A stretch of 52,709 nucleotides of DNA from a virus (taxonomy: Duplodnaviria; Caudoviricetes), in the IMG/VR virus record IMGVR_UViG_3300047300_000727, positions 1 to 52,709 of that record, one strand, 5' to 3'. The notes beneath the pieces were generated by a model that worked only from the letters and a program-made list of their open reading frames with translations, was not told where the DNA came from and made no database searches. The position numbers and the translations under genes were made by a program. Shown here piece by piece: positions 29,242 to 37,250 of the stretch. Each line of letters starts with the position of its first letter. The first letter of the stretch is position 1.

Positions 29242-29736
29242 ATGGCATTCACTCGCACTCAATGTCTGGAACGTCTGGCATGGATGACAGCATCTGACCA
29301 GTATCCGACACTCGACTCAACTGCACTCCAGCAGCTCATCGATGATGCCCTACGGTACACCACATGGACCGCCAGCACGGCATACAACGTCGGTGACATG
29401 ATTGTCCCACCAGTGCCAAACGGGCGCGTGTATCGGTGCGTCATCGCAGGGATATCCGGAACCGACAGCACGATATTCCCTATCTACGCCACGAAGCCGG
29501 GCTACACGCTCTATGACGGCTCCGGCAATCCCGGTCTGACATGGCAAGACTACGCCTTCGCGAATGCTGAACCATATGACCTGCATCTGGCTGTCCGGAA
29601 CGGATGGCTTCGCAAAGCAGCTGCATGTGCGACACAGATCGCAATCGAAGACGGCAACGTCAAAGCGGATATGGAAAAACTCCAGGCGCACTGTCTGAGC
29701 CAAGCACAACGGCATCAGCCGTTAGGTATCGTCTGA
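29242..29736 (+). CDS. Head-tail connector-like protein with an inserted CBM5/12-like module
   Basis: GGAGG RBS; insert WTASTAYNVGDMIV...GRVYRC; YDLHLAVRNGWLRKAA. Confidence 0.6.
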   Translation: MAFTRTQCLERLAWMTASDQYPTLDSTALQQLIDDALRYTTWTASTAYNVGDMIVPPVPNGRVYRCVIAGISGTDSTIFPIYATKPGYTLYDGSGNPGLTWQDYAFANAEPYDLHLAVRNGWLRKAAACATQIAIEDGNVKADMEKLQAHCLSQAQRHQPLGIV

Positions 29737-30125
29737 TGGCAATCCCTGCGAAACTGCTTCAGGACATCCGGAAGGGACTGTCCGCATACACCTTCACGCA
29801 ACCGGTGACATTGTGGAGGAACATTCCTCAACGCGACGGCATCGGTGGCATTTCGATGACATGGACCAAAGTCGCTGAGTTCAAAGGCATTCTGAAGAAT
29901 GAGTCGAACAGTGAGCAGGTCATCAGCGAAGCCATTACGCAACACTGCTCGTGGTCAATCGTATGTCCGGTTGACATCGAAGTGCGTCAGGATGACAGAA
30001 TATACTTGGACTACACGACACCGTACATGCTCGGAATGTACTTCGAAGTCGCTGCGAGCGACTACGGTAAGACCGATGCAATCGTGCAGAATGTGGACCT
30101 GATACAACACCAAACGGGTGCGTAA
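29736..30125 (+). CDS. Head closure / head-tail adaptor
   Basis: VTLWR...DGIGG...W...DIEVRQDDRI pattern. Confidence 0.7.
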   Translation: MAIPAKLLQDIRKGLSAYTFTQPVTLWRNIPQRDGIGGISMTWTKVAEFKGILKNESNSEQVISEAITQHCSWSIVCPVDIEVRQDDRIYLDYTTPYMLGMYFEVAASDYGKTDAIVQNVDLIQHQTGA

Positions 30126-30165
30126 AACATAACACAAGCGACACAATACATCAGGTGATGACGGA

Positions 30166-30366
30166 ATGAAGATATCTGCCGAATGGATTAGTGTTGTGAT
30201 GGTGATACTGGTGCCGATGATTAGTGGCATCGTGGCACAGCTCAGATTGTTGTGGAGCCTAGAAGGAAAAGTGGACTCCATAACGAGCAACTATCGAACA
30301 GTGATTCGAGAGATCGAGCAGATAAAGCGTCGTTTGGAAGAACTTGAACAGGAGCTGAGACAGTGA
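30166..30366 (+). CDS. Small TM plus coiled-coil protein (lysis-accessory-like)
   Basis: N-terminal hydrophobic helix and C-terminal heptads. Confidence 0.55.
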   Translation: MKISAEWISVVMVILVPMISGIVAQLRLLWSLEGKVDSITSNYRTVIREIEQIKRRLEELEQELRQ

Positions 30367-30572
30367 AGCGTGTACATCTTGGAAAACTCTCTGCAGTCTT
30401 TGCAGCGTCATTCGCTCCGGCATTCTGGGCTGTCGTTGCAGAATCCGTAAACGCCGGACACGTCCGGTCTGATGTCCTGGTCAAAGCGACTGTCGCCGGA
30501 ATCGGCTCAAGCATCGTCGCAGTGTCTGCACTCTTAATGAACGCATACAAGGAAGACAAATCAAATGAATAA
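30363..30572 (+). CDS. Putative holin (2 TM)
   Basis: Two hydrophobic segments and a charged C-terminus. Confidence 0.5.
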   Translation: MKRVHLGKLSAVFAASFAPAFWAVVAESVNAGHVRSDVLVKATVAGIGSSIVAVSALLMNAYKEDKSNE

Positions 30573-30720
30573 ATTCAAACGAGAGCTTGGAGCAGTGATG
30601 GCACTGTACGGGTCTAAGGCTGTAGCGGCTGGTGTCTCTGCTGCGATGAGTGCTGCACTGGGCTTCTTGACGATGCCGTTCAAGGGTGTGCAGGCGAACA
30701 GTTTGAAGGTGGGCAAATGA
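30565..30720 (+). CDS. 51-aa ORF resembling the C-terminal half of a holin (not in the ORF track)
   Basis: MNKFKRELGAVMALYGSKAVAAGVSAAMSAALGFLTMPFKGVQANSLKVGK*; overlaps both neighbours. Confidence 0.5.
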   Translation: MNKFKRELGAVMALYGSKAVAAGVSAAMSAALGFLTMPFKGVQANSLKVGK

Positions 30721-30944
30721 ACCTGCAGAACTTTCGCATTGAGAAAGAACCTGCGCCTTCTACTGATTGGCGTGTCTTTGGAGACATTGAGGATGACAAC
30801 GGTAACATCTTGGGTACGTTTGGGCAGGATGGTACGAGCGTCAATGTGTGGTGGGTGATGCAGGACGAGCAGTTTCAGTATGGGATTGTTCAACAGTTTG
30901 CAATGATTATGGCGCAGCAGATTGTTCAAGGAACGGCTGAATAA
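30717..30944 (+). CDS. Small acidic protein coupled to the fibre gene (possible chaperone)
   Basis: ATGA and TAATG coupling on either side. Confidence 0.65.
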   Translation: MNLQNFRIEKEPAPSTDWRVFGDIEDDNGNILGTFGQDGTSVNVWWVMQDEQFQYGIVQQFAMIMAQQIVQGTAE

Positions 30945-33028
30945 TGGCTACTTATTACGTCAGGACTGACGGAAGTGATACTAATACGGGGACAGGCCCT
31001 GCAACAAATCAAGCGTGGCAGACTATAGGAAAAGCACTAGGTGCTTTTGGCATTGCTCCGGGTGATACGGTTTATATTGCACCTGGTGTGTACAGAGAAT
31101 CTGTGACGGCTGCTTTCACTGACCCAACATCAGAGGCGCAGAGGGTAACTATAGCTGGTAATCCTACAGCCTCGCAGTTCAGTGGTGTGTCTGCTGGGCC
31201 TGTAATACTTACTAACTTTACATCCTCAACCGCTACTACTGGGAATCCAACACTTTTGATTAGTAAATCCTTTGTGACAATAACAGGGTTGAACATCAAT
31301 GGATACGTTGCTGGTGGAGGTGGATTTACCGGGCAGTTTTTTAGATTAGGTGGGCAATCCGGAATTATCACAGATTGTGGTTTTTACACACCGACTAACA
31401 ATGCTGACATTAACTCTGCCATTGCATTAAGACCGTTACAAGGATTACCGGGATTTACAATAAGCCGGTGTATAACATTGGCTCCTATTGTATTGGGGCC
31501 AACATCAGGCACGACTACTGCTTGGAATAGCCAAACTACAATCACAGATTGCATCTTACAAAACTCAAGCGTATATACAAATAGTGCTTGTGTACTATTG
31601 TTCAATGGGGTTGGCGCACATTTTGGAGGGATAACAATACAGAATTGCCGATTTATAGGTAATGCCGGAGTACTTGTTTATGCAGGTCAAAATATGCCAA
31701 CGACATTCCCAACGGATATTAAAAATTGTATTTTTGACACAGTCACAGGGGTAACATCAAACACTAACAATGGACAACTTACAGAGTCCTACAACATTTT
31801 CAACTGCGGTACGGCTAGAACAAATGTAGGTACTGGTACAGGTTCATTAAGTCGTGCTTACATTACTCCAGATTTCAATCTAAGTAGAATTAATGGCTGG
31901 GGTAACTATCCATTTTGGAGTAACCATTCGAGCAGTGCTAGTCAGAATGCAGGTACATCAACAGGCGCACCAGCCGCTGACATCTATGGTGTAACGTGGC
32001 TTGCTCCGAGTACTCCGACGATGGGTGCGATTGAGTACTCTAATGGATCAAACACTGGCACTTATGTTCCAACCGAGCGCAACGCGTCTACCATCACAAT
32101 CGCTCCCGGCTCAACATCACAATCCATCGAACTGTACCTTGGTGCTACAGGTCTCACAGCCTCAACATCTGGTCTCTCAGCTCGCTACAACAGGACACGC
32201 ACAACCTCTGTCAGCATCCCTCTGGTAGCCCGTACAATCGCTCAAGCGTGGACTTCTGGTGGCTTTGCGGAGGTAGACGCTACCAATATGTCGGGGATCT
32301 ATCGCCTTGACTTACCCGACGCTGCACTGGCTGCTGGTGCTGACGATGTCACTGTTGTGGTGCGTGGTGCATCTGGTACTAACGGTGCGGTGATGACGGT
32401 CAAACTGTCCTCTGGTGGTTTGACGGAAGCACAGACTGCATCTGCTGTCTGGGGTGCAAGCCCTGGCCCTTACAATGATGCAACGACAATGGGTGGCATT
32501 GTTAATGAGATAGATACACTTGCTAATGGTATTGATATCAACGTCACGCAAACTCCTATCCTTGTATGGGATGAGTTAAAGTCTAATCATACAACGCCGG
32601 GTACTTTTGGAGATTATCTTGACGCAAAGGTGTCCGACGTTGCGGACACGGCTAGAATACAACTTCGACAAGGCCCGTTCCTTATTAAACAGAATGCTGT
32701 TGATAGCATTATCACCGAAGTAAATCAATTCCTGTCAACAACACCAAACATTGAGATGGTGCTGATTGATAGTAGTGGTGGCTCGGTATCTGTGGCTGGA
32801 TCAACGCTTGTTATGCGTGTGCGAAACCAAGCAGGTACGGCTGTCATAAATAATATTACGCCTACTGTCGCATACGCTGACGGTGGTGTTGTTCGATGGT
32901 CACCAAACCAGTCATGGAATGCGCTTGGTGTAACAACGGCAGGAACATATCGTATTGTTGTAGAGCGTACAATAGGTGGTGTTACAACTACCTTCGGCCC
33001 ATTCCTTGTGCAGTTAAGTAGCGGATAA
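30944..33028 (+). CDS. Virion fibre / putative depolymerase: N-terminal right-handed beta-helix, conserved linker, C-terminal Ig/BppU-like domain (chimeric as assembled)
   Basis: YYVRTDGSDTNTG...AWQTIGKA...PGDTVYIAPGVY (DUF1565/pectate-lyase-like start); ITDC/IQNC/IKNC repeats; PTMGAIEY. Confidence 0.75.
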   Translation: MATYYVRTDGSDTNTGTGPATNQAWQTIGKALGAFGIAPGDTVYIAPGVYRESVTAAFTDPTSEAQRVTIAGNPTASQFSGVSAGPVILTNFTSSTATTGNPTLLISKSFVTITGLNINGYVAGGGGFTGQFFRLGGQSGIITDCGFYTPTNNADINSAIALRPLQGLPGFTISRCITLAPIVLGPTSGTTTAWNSQTTITDCILQNSSVYTNSACVLLFNGVGAHFGGITIQNCRFIGNAGVLVYAGQNMPTTFPTDIKNCIFDTVTGVTSNTNNGQLTESYNIFNCGTARTNVGTGTGSLSRAYITPDFNLSRINGWGNYPFWSNHSSSASQNAGTSTGAPAADIYGVTWLAPSTPTMGAIEYSNGSNTGTYVPTERNASTITIAPGSTSQSIELYLGATGLTASTSGLSARYNRTRTTSVSIPLVARTIAQAWTSGGFAEVDATNMSGIYRLDLPDAALAAGADDVTVVVRGASGTNGAVMTVKLSSGGLTEAQTASAVWGASPGPYNDATTMGGIVNEIDTLANGIDINVTQTPILVWDELKSNHTTPGTFGDYLDAKVSDVADTARIQLRQGPFLIKQNAVDSIITEVNQFLSTTPNIEMVLIDSSGGSVSVAGSTLVMRVRNQAGTAVINNITPTVAYADGGVVRWSPNQSWNALGVTTAGTYRIVVERTIGGVTTTFGPFLVQLSSG
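32067..32193 (+). repeat. Exact 127-bp direct repeat, copy 2 (similarity continues to about 32458)
   Basis: Base-by-base identity with 1-127. Confidence 0.97.
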
Positions 33029-33409
33029 ATGAAATACGTACAAGTCACTAGCAACGTCCGTTCTGTGTCACTTAGCATTAAGAGTGGCGTTGCTTCTGGC
33101 TTGCGTCCAGCTGCACAAACAGTGGCACAATCGGCAAAGCGACACGCCTCCGCAAACATTGAAACTGGCAAGCTCATGCAGTCTATCCGTGGACGCAAAG
33201 TAAGTAAGTTCCAGGCTGAAGTTATCGCTGACCCTGTAGGTGTGAACTGGGTAGGTAAAACTGTCCACTACGCCATATACCTGCATCAAGGACACAGGGC
33301 TCCTATCGTTGCATATCACGGCAACCCATTCCTGATTAAAGCAATGGTAGAGCAGAAAGATAACGTTGCTCGTATTGTGCGCGACACAATAGAACAGGTA
33401 CTGCCATGA
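33029..33409 (+). CDS. HK97 gp10-like neck protein (phage B)
   Basis: ETGKLMQSI...YAIYLHQG...PFL. Confidence 0.7.
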   Translation: MKYVQVTSNVRSVSLSIKSGVASGLRPAAQTVAQSAKRHASANIETGKLMQSIRGRKVSKFQAEVIADPVGVNWVGKTVHYAIYLHQGHRAPIVAYHGNPFLIKAMVEQKDNVARIVRDTIEQVLP

Positions 33410-33822
33410 GCATTTATGAACCAAGGTTGGCTAGGCAGTGGATCAATAGCAAGCTAAATGCTACGACTGTTCTAAACTACGTTTCCGGAATCTATCAAGA
33501 CTTGGCTGTTCAAGATGCGAACAGTCCATACGTCATCATTGAAGAGATTGGCGGTTACGACCTTGAAGCTGGTCATCGGCAAGGTGCATTTATTGAATTT
33601 CACGTGCTAGTAGTGGGATTTGCAGGACGTGATGATGACAATATGTACAATGCTATGGATGTAATAGATACTGCATTGATAAATGCAAATGAGGTGTACG
33701 GTGGGTATCGCGTGATATGTCGCTCGTCTGCCATTGTTCCATCAACGATTGAACTAGGTGACGGTCAAGTATATTGGCGTACAGTTGGAAGAACCTGGCG
33801 GATATACGTCAGTAACTTATAG
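33406..33822 (+). CDS. Tail terminator protein (phage B)
   Basis: IYQDLAVQDANSPYVII; synteny. Confidence 0.65.
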   Translation: MSIYEPRLARQWINSKLNATTVLNYVSGIYQDLAVQDANSPYVIIEEIGGYDLEAGHRQGAFIEFHVLVVGFAGRDDDNMYNAMDVIDTALINANEVYGGYRVICRSSAIVPSTIELGDGQVYWRTVGRTWRIYVSNL

Positions 33823-33831
33823 GAGTAAGAG

Positions 33832-34299
33832 ATGGCACTAATTCTTGAGGATATGTCTATCACCTTTTCGATTGGTGATGCATACACTCCCGGCACTGCA
33901 CCAAGTTGGACAGGCGCAGCAACATATTCATATCTTGGCGTAGCACGATCAATTGAGATTTCGGATGAATTTGATTCCGTCAACGCTGGAGGAGCGACGG
34001 GTATTAAACGTCGTTACTTCAACCGCAACCAGATGATTCGTGTTCGCGGAGTCGTTACATACAACGCTAACAACGTTCTAAACCTTCCACAGGCTAAATC
34101 ACTGACGACATACACACTGGGTCTTTACAACATCAAGATTACTGTAAAAAACAATTCGACCCTTACACCATCAAGAAGTTTTGAAGGTGTTATGCGTCGA
34201 ATGTCAATGAGTACAGACCAAGGTAACCCACAGATTGAGGAGATGGAAATCGACTTGATGGCTGACTGGGGTTCCTATAGCGCAAGTCAAGGAGCATAA
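33832..34299 (+). CDS. Putative tail tube protein, paralog 1
   Basis: AGGAG RBS; sits at the major-tail position; paralog of the next gene. Confidence 0.6.
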   Translation: MALILEDMSITFSIGDAYTPGTAPSWTGAATYSYLGVARSIEISDEFDSVNAGGATGIKRRYFNRNQMIRVRGVVTYNANNVLNLPQAKSLTTYTLGLYNIKITVKNNSTLTPSRSFEGVMRRMSMSTDQGNPQIEEMEIDLMADWGSYSASQGA

Positions 34300-34301
34300 C
34301 G

Positions 34302-34769
34302 ATGGCATTAATTATGGAGGATATGGCTATCCAGTTATGGGTATCCGCACTTCCTTATTCCCCGACATCTACACCGACGTTTACAGCAAACTCTGCAATT
34401 ATTGGAGTATCACGATCTGTTGAATATTCGGATGAGTTTGACAGTGTAAACGCTGGTGGTGCAGCAGGTATTAAACGCCGTTACTTCAACCGCCAACAGA
34501 TGGTACGCCTGCGTCAGGTCACCACCTACAACGCAGATAACGTATCAAACTTGTCTGCCATTCGTGGTCTTACTGTGTACTCTCCAGTCGGTTACGTTGC
34601 TTATGTACGCATCAAGAACAACGGTGCTCTTACTACTTATCAGGACTTCGTGGGAGTTATTCGAAGTTTTCGAATGAGTACCGACCAAGGTAATCCACTG
34701 ATTGAAGACATTGAACTTGACGGCATGGCTGATACAACTGGATGGCCAGGTGCAATAACACCTCCGTAA
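34302..34769 (+). CDS. Putative tail tube protein, paralog 2
   Basis: Shares SDEFDSVNAGGA.GIKRRYFNR.QM and MSTDQGNP.IE with paralog 1. Confidence 0.6.
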   Translation: MALIMEDMAIQLWVSALPYSPTSTPTFTANSAIIGVSRSVEYSDEFDSVNAGGAAGIKRRYFNRQQMVRLRQVTTYNADNVSNLSAIRGLTVYSPVGYVAYVRIKNNGALTTYQDFVGVIRSFRMSTDQGNPLIEDIELDGMADTTGWPGAITPP

Positions 34770-34787
34770 GTATAGTAAGATGGCTAT

Positions 34788-35225
34788 ATGAAACTAGGTG
34801 ACATTGTACAAAACGCTCCTAAGTATGAGCGTCCAGCTGTTGAGGTAGATGTGACGGATTGGCTTGGCAAGGATGACGAAGAGAAAGTTATTCTTACTTG
34901 GCGAAGACCTGGTGTTCCACAAATCTACCAATCAAGTATGGACGCTCAAGAACTTATTAAGCGTTATCCAGACATTCCATTTCCTTTGGCTATGGATATC
35001 TGTGCGATGGCTACTGCCCATGAAAAGCCATTGCCTTCGGAAGAATGGCCAACCGCATTGTTCTATACGTGGATTGCACAAAACCACATGGACTGCTTTG
35101 ATTATCTTTTCCGTACATTTAATGAGGCATTTGCTGGTTTGAGTCAGGTACGTGGGTCGAAGCCTAACGACCTAAAAAACTCATCGTCCGAGTGTGCTCC
35201 AAGCACTGGCGAAGACACCCTTTAG
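34788..35225 (+). CDS. Tail assembly chaperone (gpG-like, phage B)
   Basis: In-frame slippery A AAA AAC at 35174-35180; precedes the tape measure gene. Confidence 0.75.
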   Translation: MKLGDIVQNAPKYERPAVEVDVTDWLGKDDEEKVILTWRRPGVPQIYQSSMDAQELIKRYPDIPFPLAMDICAMATAHEKPLPSEEWPTALFYTWIAQNHMDCFDYLFRTFNEAFAGLSQVRGSKPNDLKNSSSECAPSTGEDTL

Positions 35226-35353
35226 AGGTTGACCTTCCATACTTTGCTTTGCTTGATCTGATTGAACTTGAACAGATAGAGCAAAAAGAGTACGCTCGGA
35301 TGAAAAAAGAACAAGAGGAAAAATTCAGTGGCAACAGAACTCGGCGACATTAA
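35174..35353 (+). CDS. -1 frameshift extension (gpGT-like, phage B)
   Basis: The -1 frame reads LIVRVCSKHWRRHPLEVDLPYFALLDL...RRH*, sharing RHPxEVDL with phage A. Confidence 0.8.
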   Translation, partial: KKLIVRVCSKHWRRHPLEVDLPYFALLDLIELEQIEQKEYARMKKEQEEKFSGNRTRRH

Positions 35354-37250
35354 AATCCTTATTGACGTAGATGTTACGAAGTTCGAAGCTTCTTTGAATA
35401 ACGCTATGTCCCGCGCTCAAAATGCGTTTAACCGCATGGGTGCGGGCATGACCTCTTCAATTAATCAGAATCTCTCAGCTGGATTTCGTCAACAAACAGA
35501 AGCATTTGCTAGTGGTTTGAGACTGGCTTTTAGAAATGCTTTCGCTGCGGCTGAACAAGAACAGTCGCAATCAATGGATCGCCTACAACAAAGAATGCGG
35601 TCTTCAATGGGTAACGCATCTTCTATGAACCAAACGGGTCAGAGGATGGGTAGTTCATTTGCTATTGGATTTAGCAGTCCTATATTAAATGCTGTAAGCG
35701 CTGTTCATAGCGCGATATATGGCATTAAGGACATAGCACAACTTGTTGGCACTGTATCTGGTTTTACAATGTCAGCAAACCTTGGTGGAATACAGTCAGG
35801 TATCAGCGCCATTTTGAGAGACACGAAGCAAGGTGCTCTAATCACTAGTCAACTACAACAGTTGGCGATGGAAACCCCGTTTGGGGTAGAGGACTTTGCT
35901 GGTGTTGGACGCAAGATGCTTGCAATGGGCACACCTGGCAATCAGTTAATACCTCAACTGACTACTTTGGCTGACGCAGTTTCTGCTACTGGTGGTGGTG
36001 CTGGAGAGTTACGAGACATAGCTGAGTTTATTGCTAAGGTACGAATGAATCCAAGAGCGATAGACTCAGACACTCTTCTCGGGCTTGTCCGCTCAGGTAT
36101 GCCATTGCGACAGACAGCAGAAGCAATGGCTAGAAGACCATTCCAAAACGAACAAGAAGCAACTATGTTCCTACAGTCGCGTTTAAGTGGACGAGGTGCA
36201 GCAGGTGTAAATGAGGTTTTGGATGCAATGAATCGTCAGTTTGGTGGTTCAGCCAAAGCCCTTGGTAGGACGAGCTTAGAATCGGTTACCCAAAGATTGC
36301 TTGAGGGTGGTCAAGCAATGATGATGGGCACAGGTGGTAAAGGCTTAAATGTTGCTCTTGGTGGCTTAAATATGCTCGCAGACTTTGCTGAAGTCTTAGG
36401 GAAAATCAATACGGCCTTACTTGGTGTGCCAGGATTGATCCTACTTGTTTCAGCTTTTAACTACCTGAGAAATGCTTTTACGACCGCTAAATCAAGTATT
36501 GATCAGTTCACAACAAGTATTACTACGCTTGCTACTACGGTACAAGGATTACATGTAGGGCCAGCTGGTAGATATACACCACCATTAAACGTGATGACTG
36601 GGCAAGTCCCAATGAGTCCAATGAGTCCAAGCTTCTTGGCAGGTCACACGTTTGACGCTGCTAGTAAAACATGGGTGCCGATACCTACTCCAACAATTCC
36701 TTTAACTCCTATGGAAAAAGTTAAAGCAGGTATACAGGGACGAATGACAGCTTTAAATGCTGGAGTTAATAACTTTTTATCTAACATGAATCCTGGTATG
36801 GCAGGACACCTTCTTACGGGAGGTTTGATGCTTGGCGGAATGATTGCTTCTCAAAGTCTTGCTAATCAACAGATGAACAACATCGGCAATCAAAAAGCAA
36901 TGGCAGAAAACACTCGGATGCAAAATGCGCTTGCTGGTGCATCAGGTGGTGCAATGCTAGGAAATATGATTGGAACATTATTCCCCGGCATAGGAAATGT
37001 GGTTGGAACGATTGCTGGTACGTTGATTGGTGGTGCAGCTGGGTACCTTACTTCAGAGAACCCGGATAATCTGCCAAACAAAGCGCTTGACGAAAACACC
37101 AAAGCTCTTAACAACGCTACAGTTGCAATGACAATGCTTGCATCAAGTATCATCGGTGCTGGCCCACGTGCCGCAGGTGCGGTGTCCGCAATTGAACTTG
37201 AGATGTACATGGCTACGCGAAACAACATGATGAATCAGGGGCTTGCATAA
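35328..37250 (+). CDS. Tape measure protein (phage B)
   Basis: LAMETPFGVEDFAGVGRKMLAMG; GTLFPGIGNVVGTIAG-type C-terminal repeats. Confidence 0.88.
   Translation: MATELGDIKILIDVDVTKFEASLNNAMSRAQNAFNRMGAGMTSSINQNLSAGFRQQTEAFASGLRLAFRNAFAAAEQEQSQSMDRLQQRMRSSMGNASSMNQTGQRMGSSFAIGFSSPILNAVSAVHSAIYGIKDIAQLVGTVSGFTMSANLGGIQSGISAILRDTKQGALITSQLQQLAMETPFGVEDFAGVGRKMLAMGTPGNQLIPQLTTLADAVSATGGGAGELRDIAEFIAKVRMNPRAIDSDTLLGLVRSGMPLRQTAEAMARRPFQNEQEATMFLQSRLSGRGAAGVNEVLDAMNRQFGGSAKALGRTSLESVTQRLLEGGQAMMMGTGGKGLNVALGGLNMLADFAEVLGKINTALLGVPGLILLVSAFNYLRNAFTTAKSSIDQFTTSITTLATTVQGLHVGPAGRYTPPLNVMTGQVPMSPMSPSFLAGHTFDAASKTWVPIPTPTIPLTPMEKVKAGIQGRMTALNAGVNNFLSNMNPGMAGHLLTGGLMLGGMIASQSLANQQMNNIGNQKAMAENTRMQNALAGASGGAMLGNMIGTLFPGIGNVVGTIAGTLIGGAAGYLTSENPDNLPNKALDENTKALNNATVAMTMLASSIIGAGPRAAGAVSAIELEMYMATRNNMMNQGLA

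Larger units (their letters stand above)
1..32066. mobile_element. Phage A: apparently complete, circularly permuted siphovirus-type genome (32,066 bp)
   Basis: Has packaging, head, neck, tail, lysis and replication genes. Position 32067 restarts the sequence of position 1, and the fibre ORF begun at 30944 runs in frame into 1..1091. Confidence 0.8.

Noticed and set aside
32067-32460. Diversity-generating retroelement TR/VR pair with 1-392
   Set aside because: Differences are mostly synonymous and not adenine-specific, and no reverse transcriptase is present.
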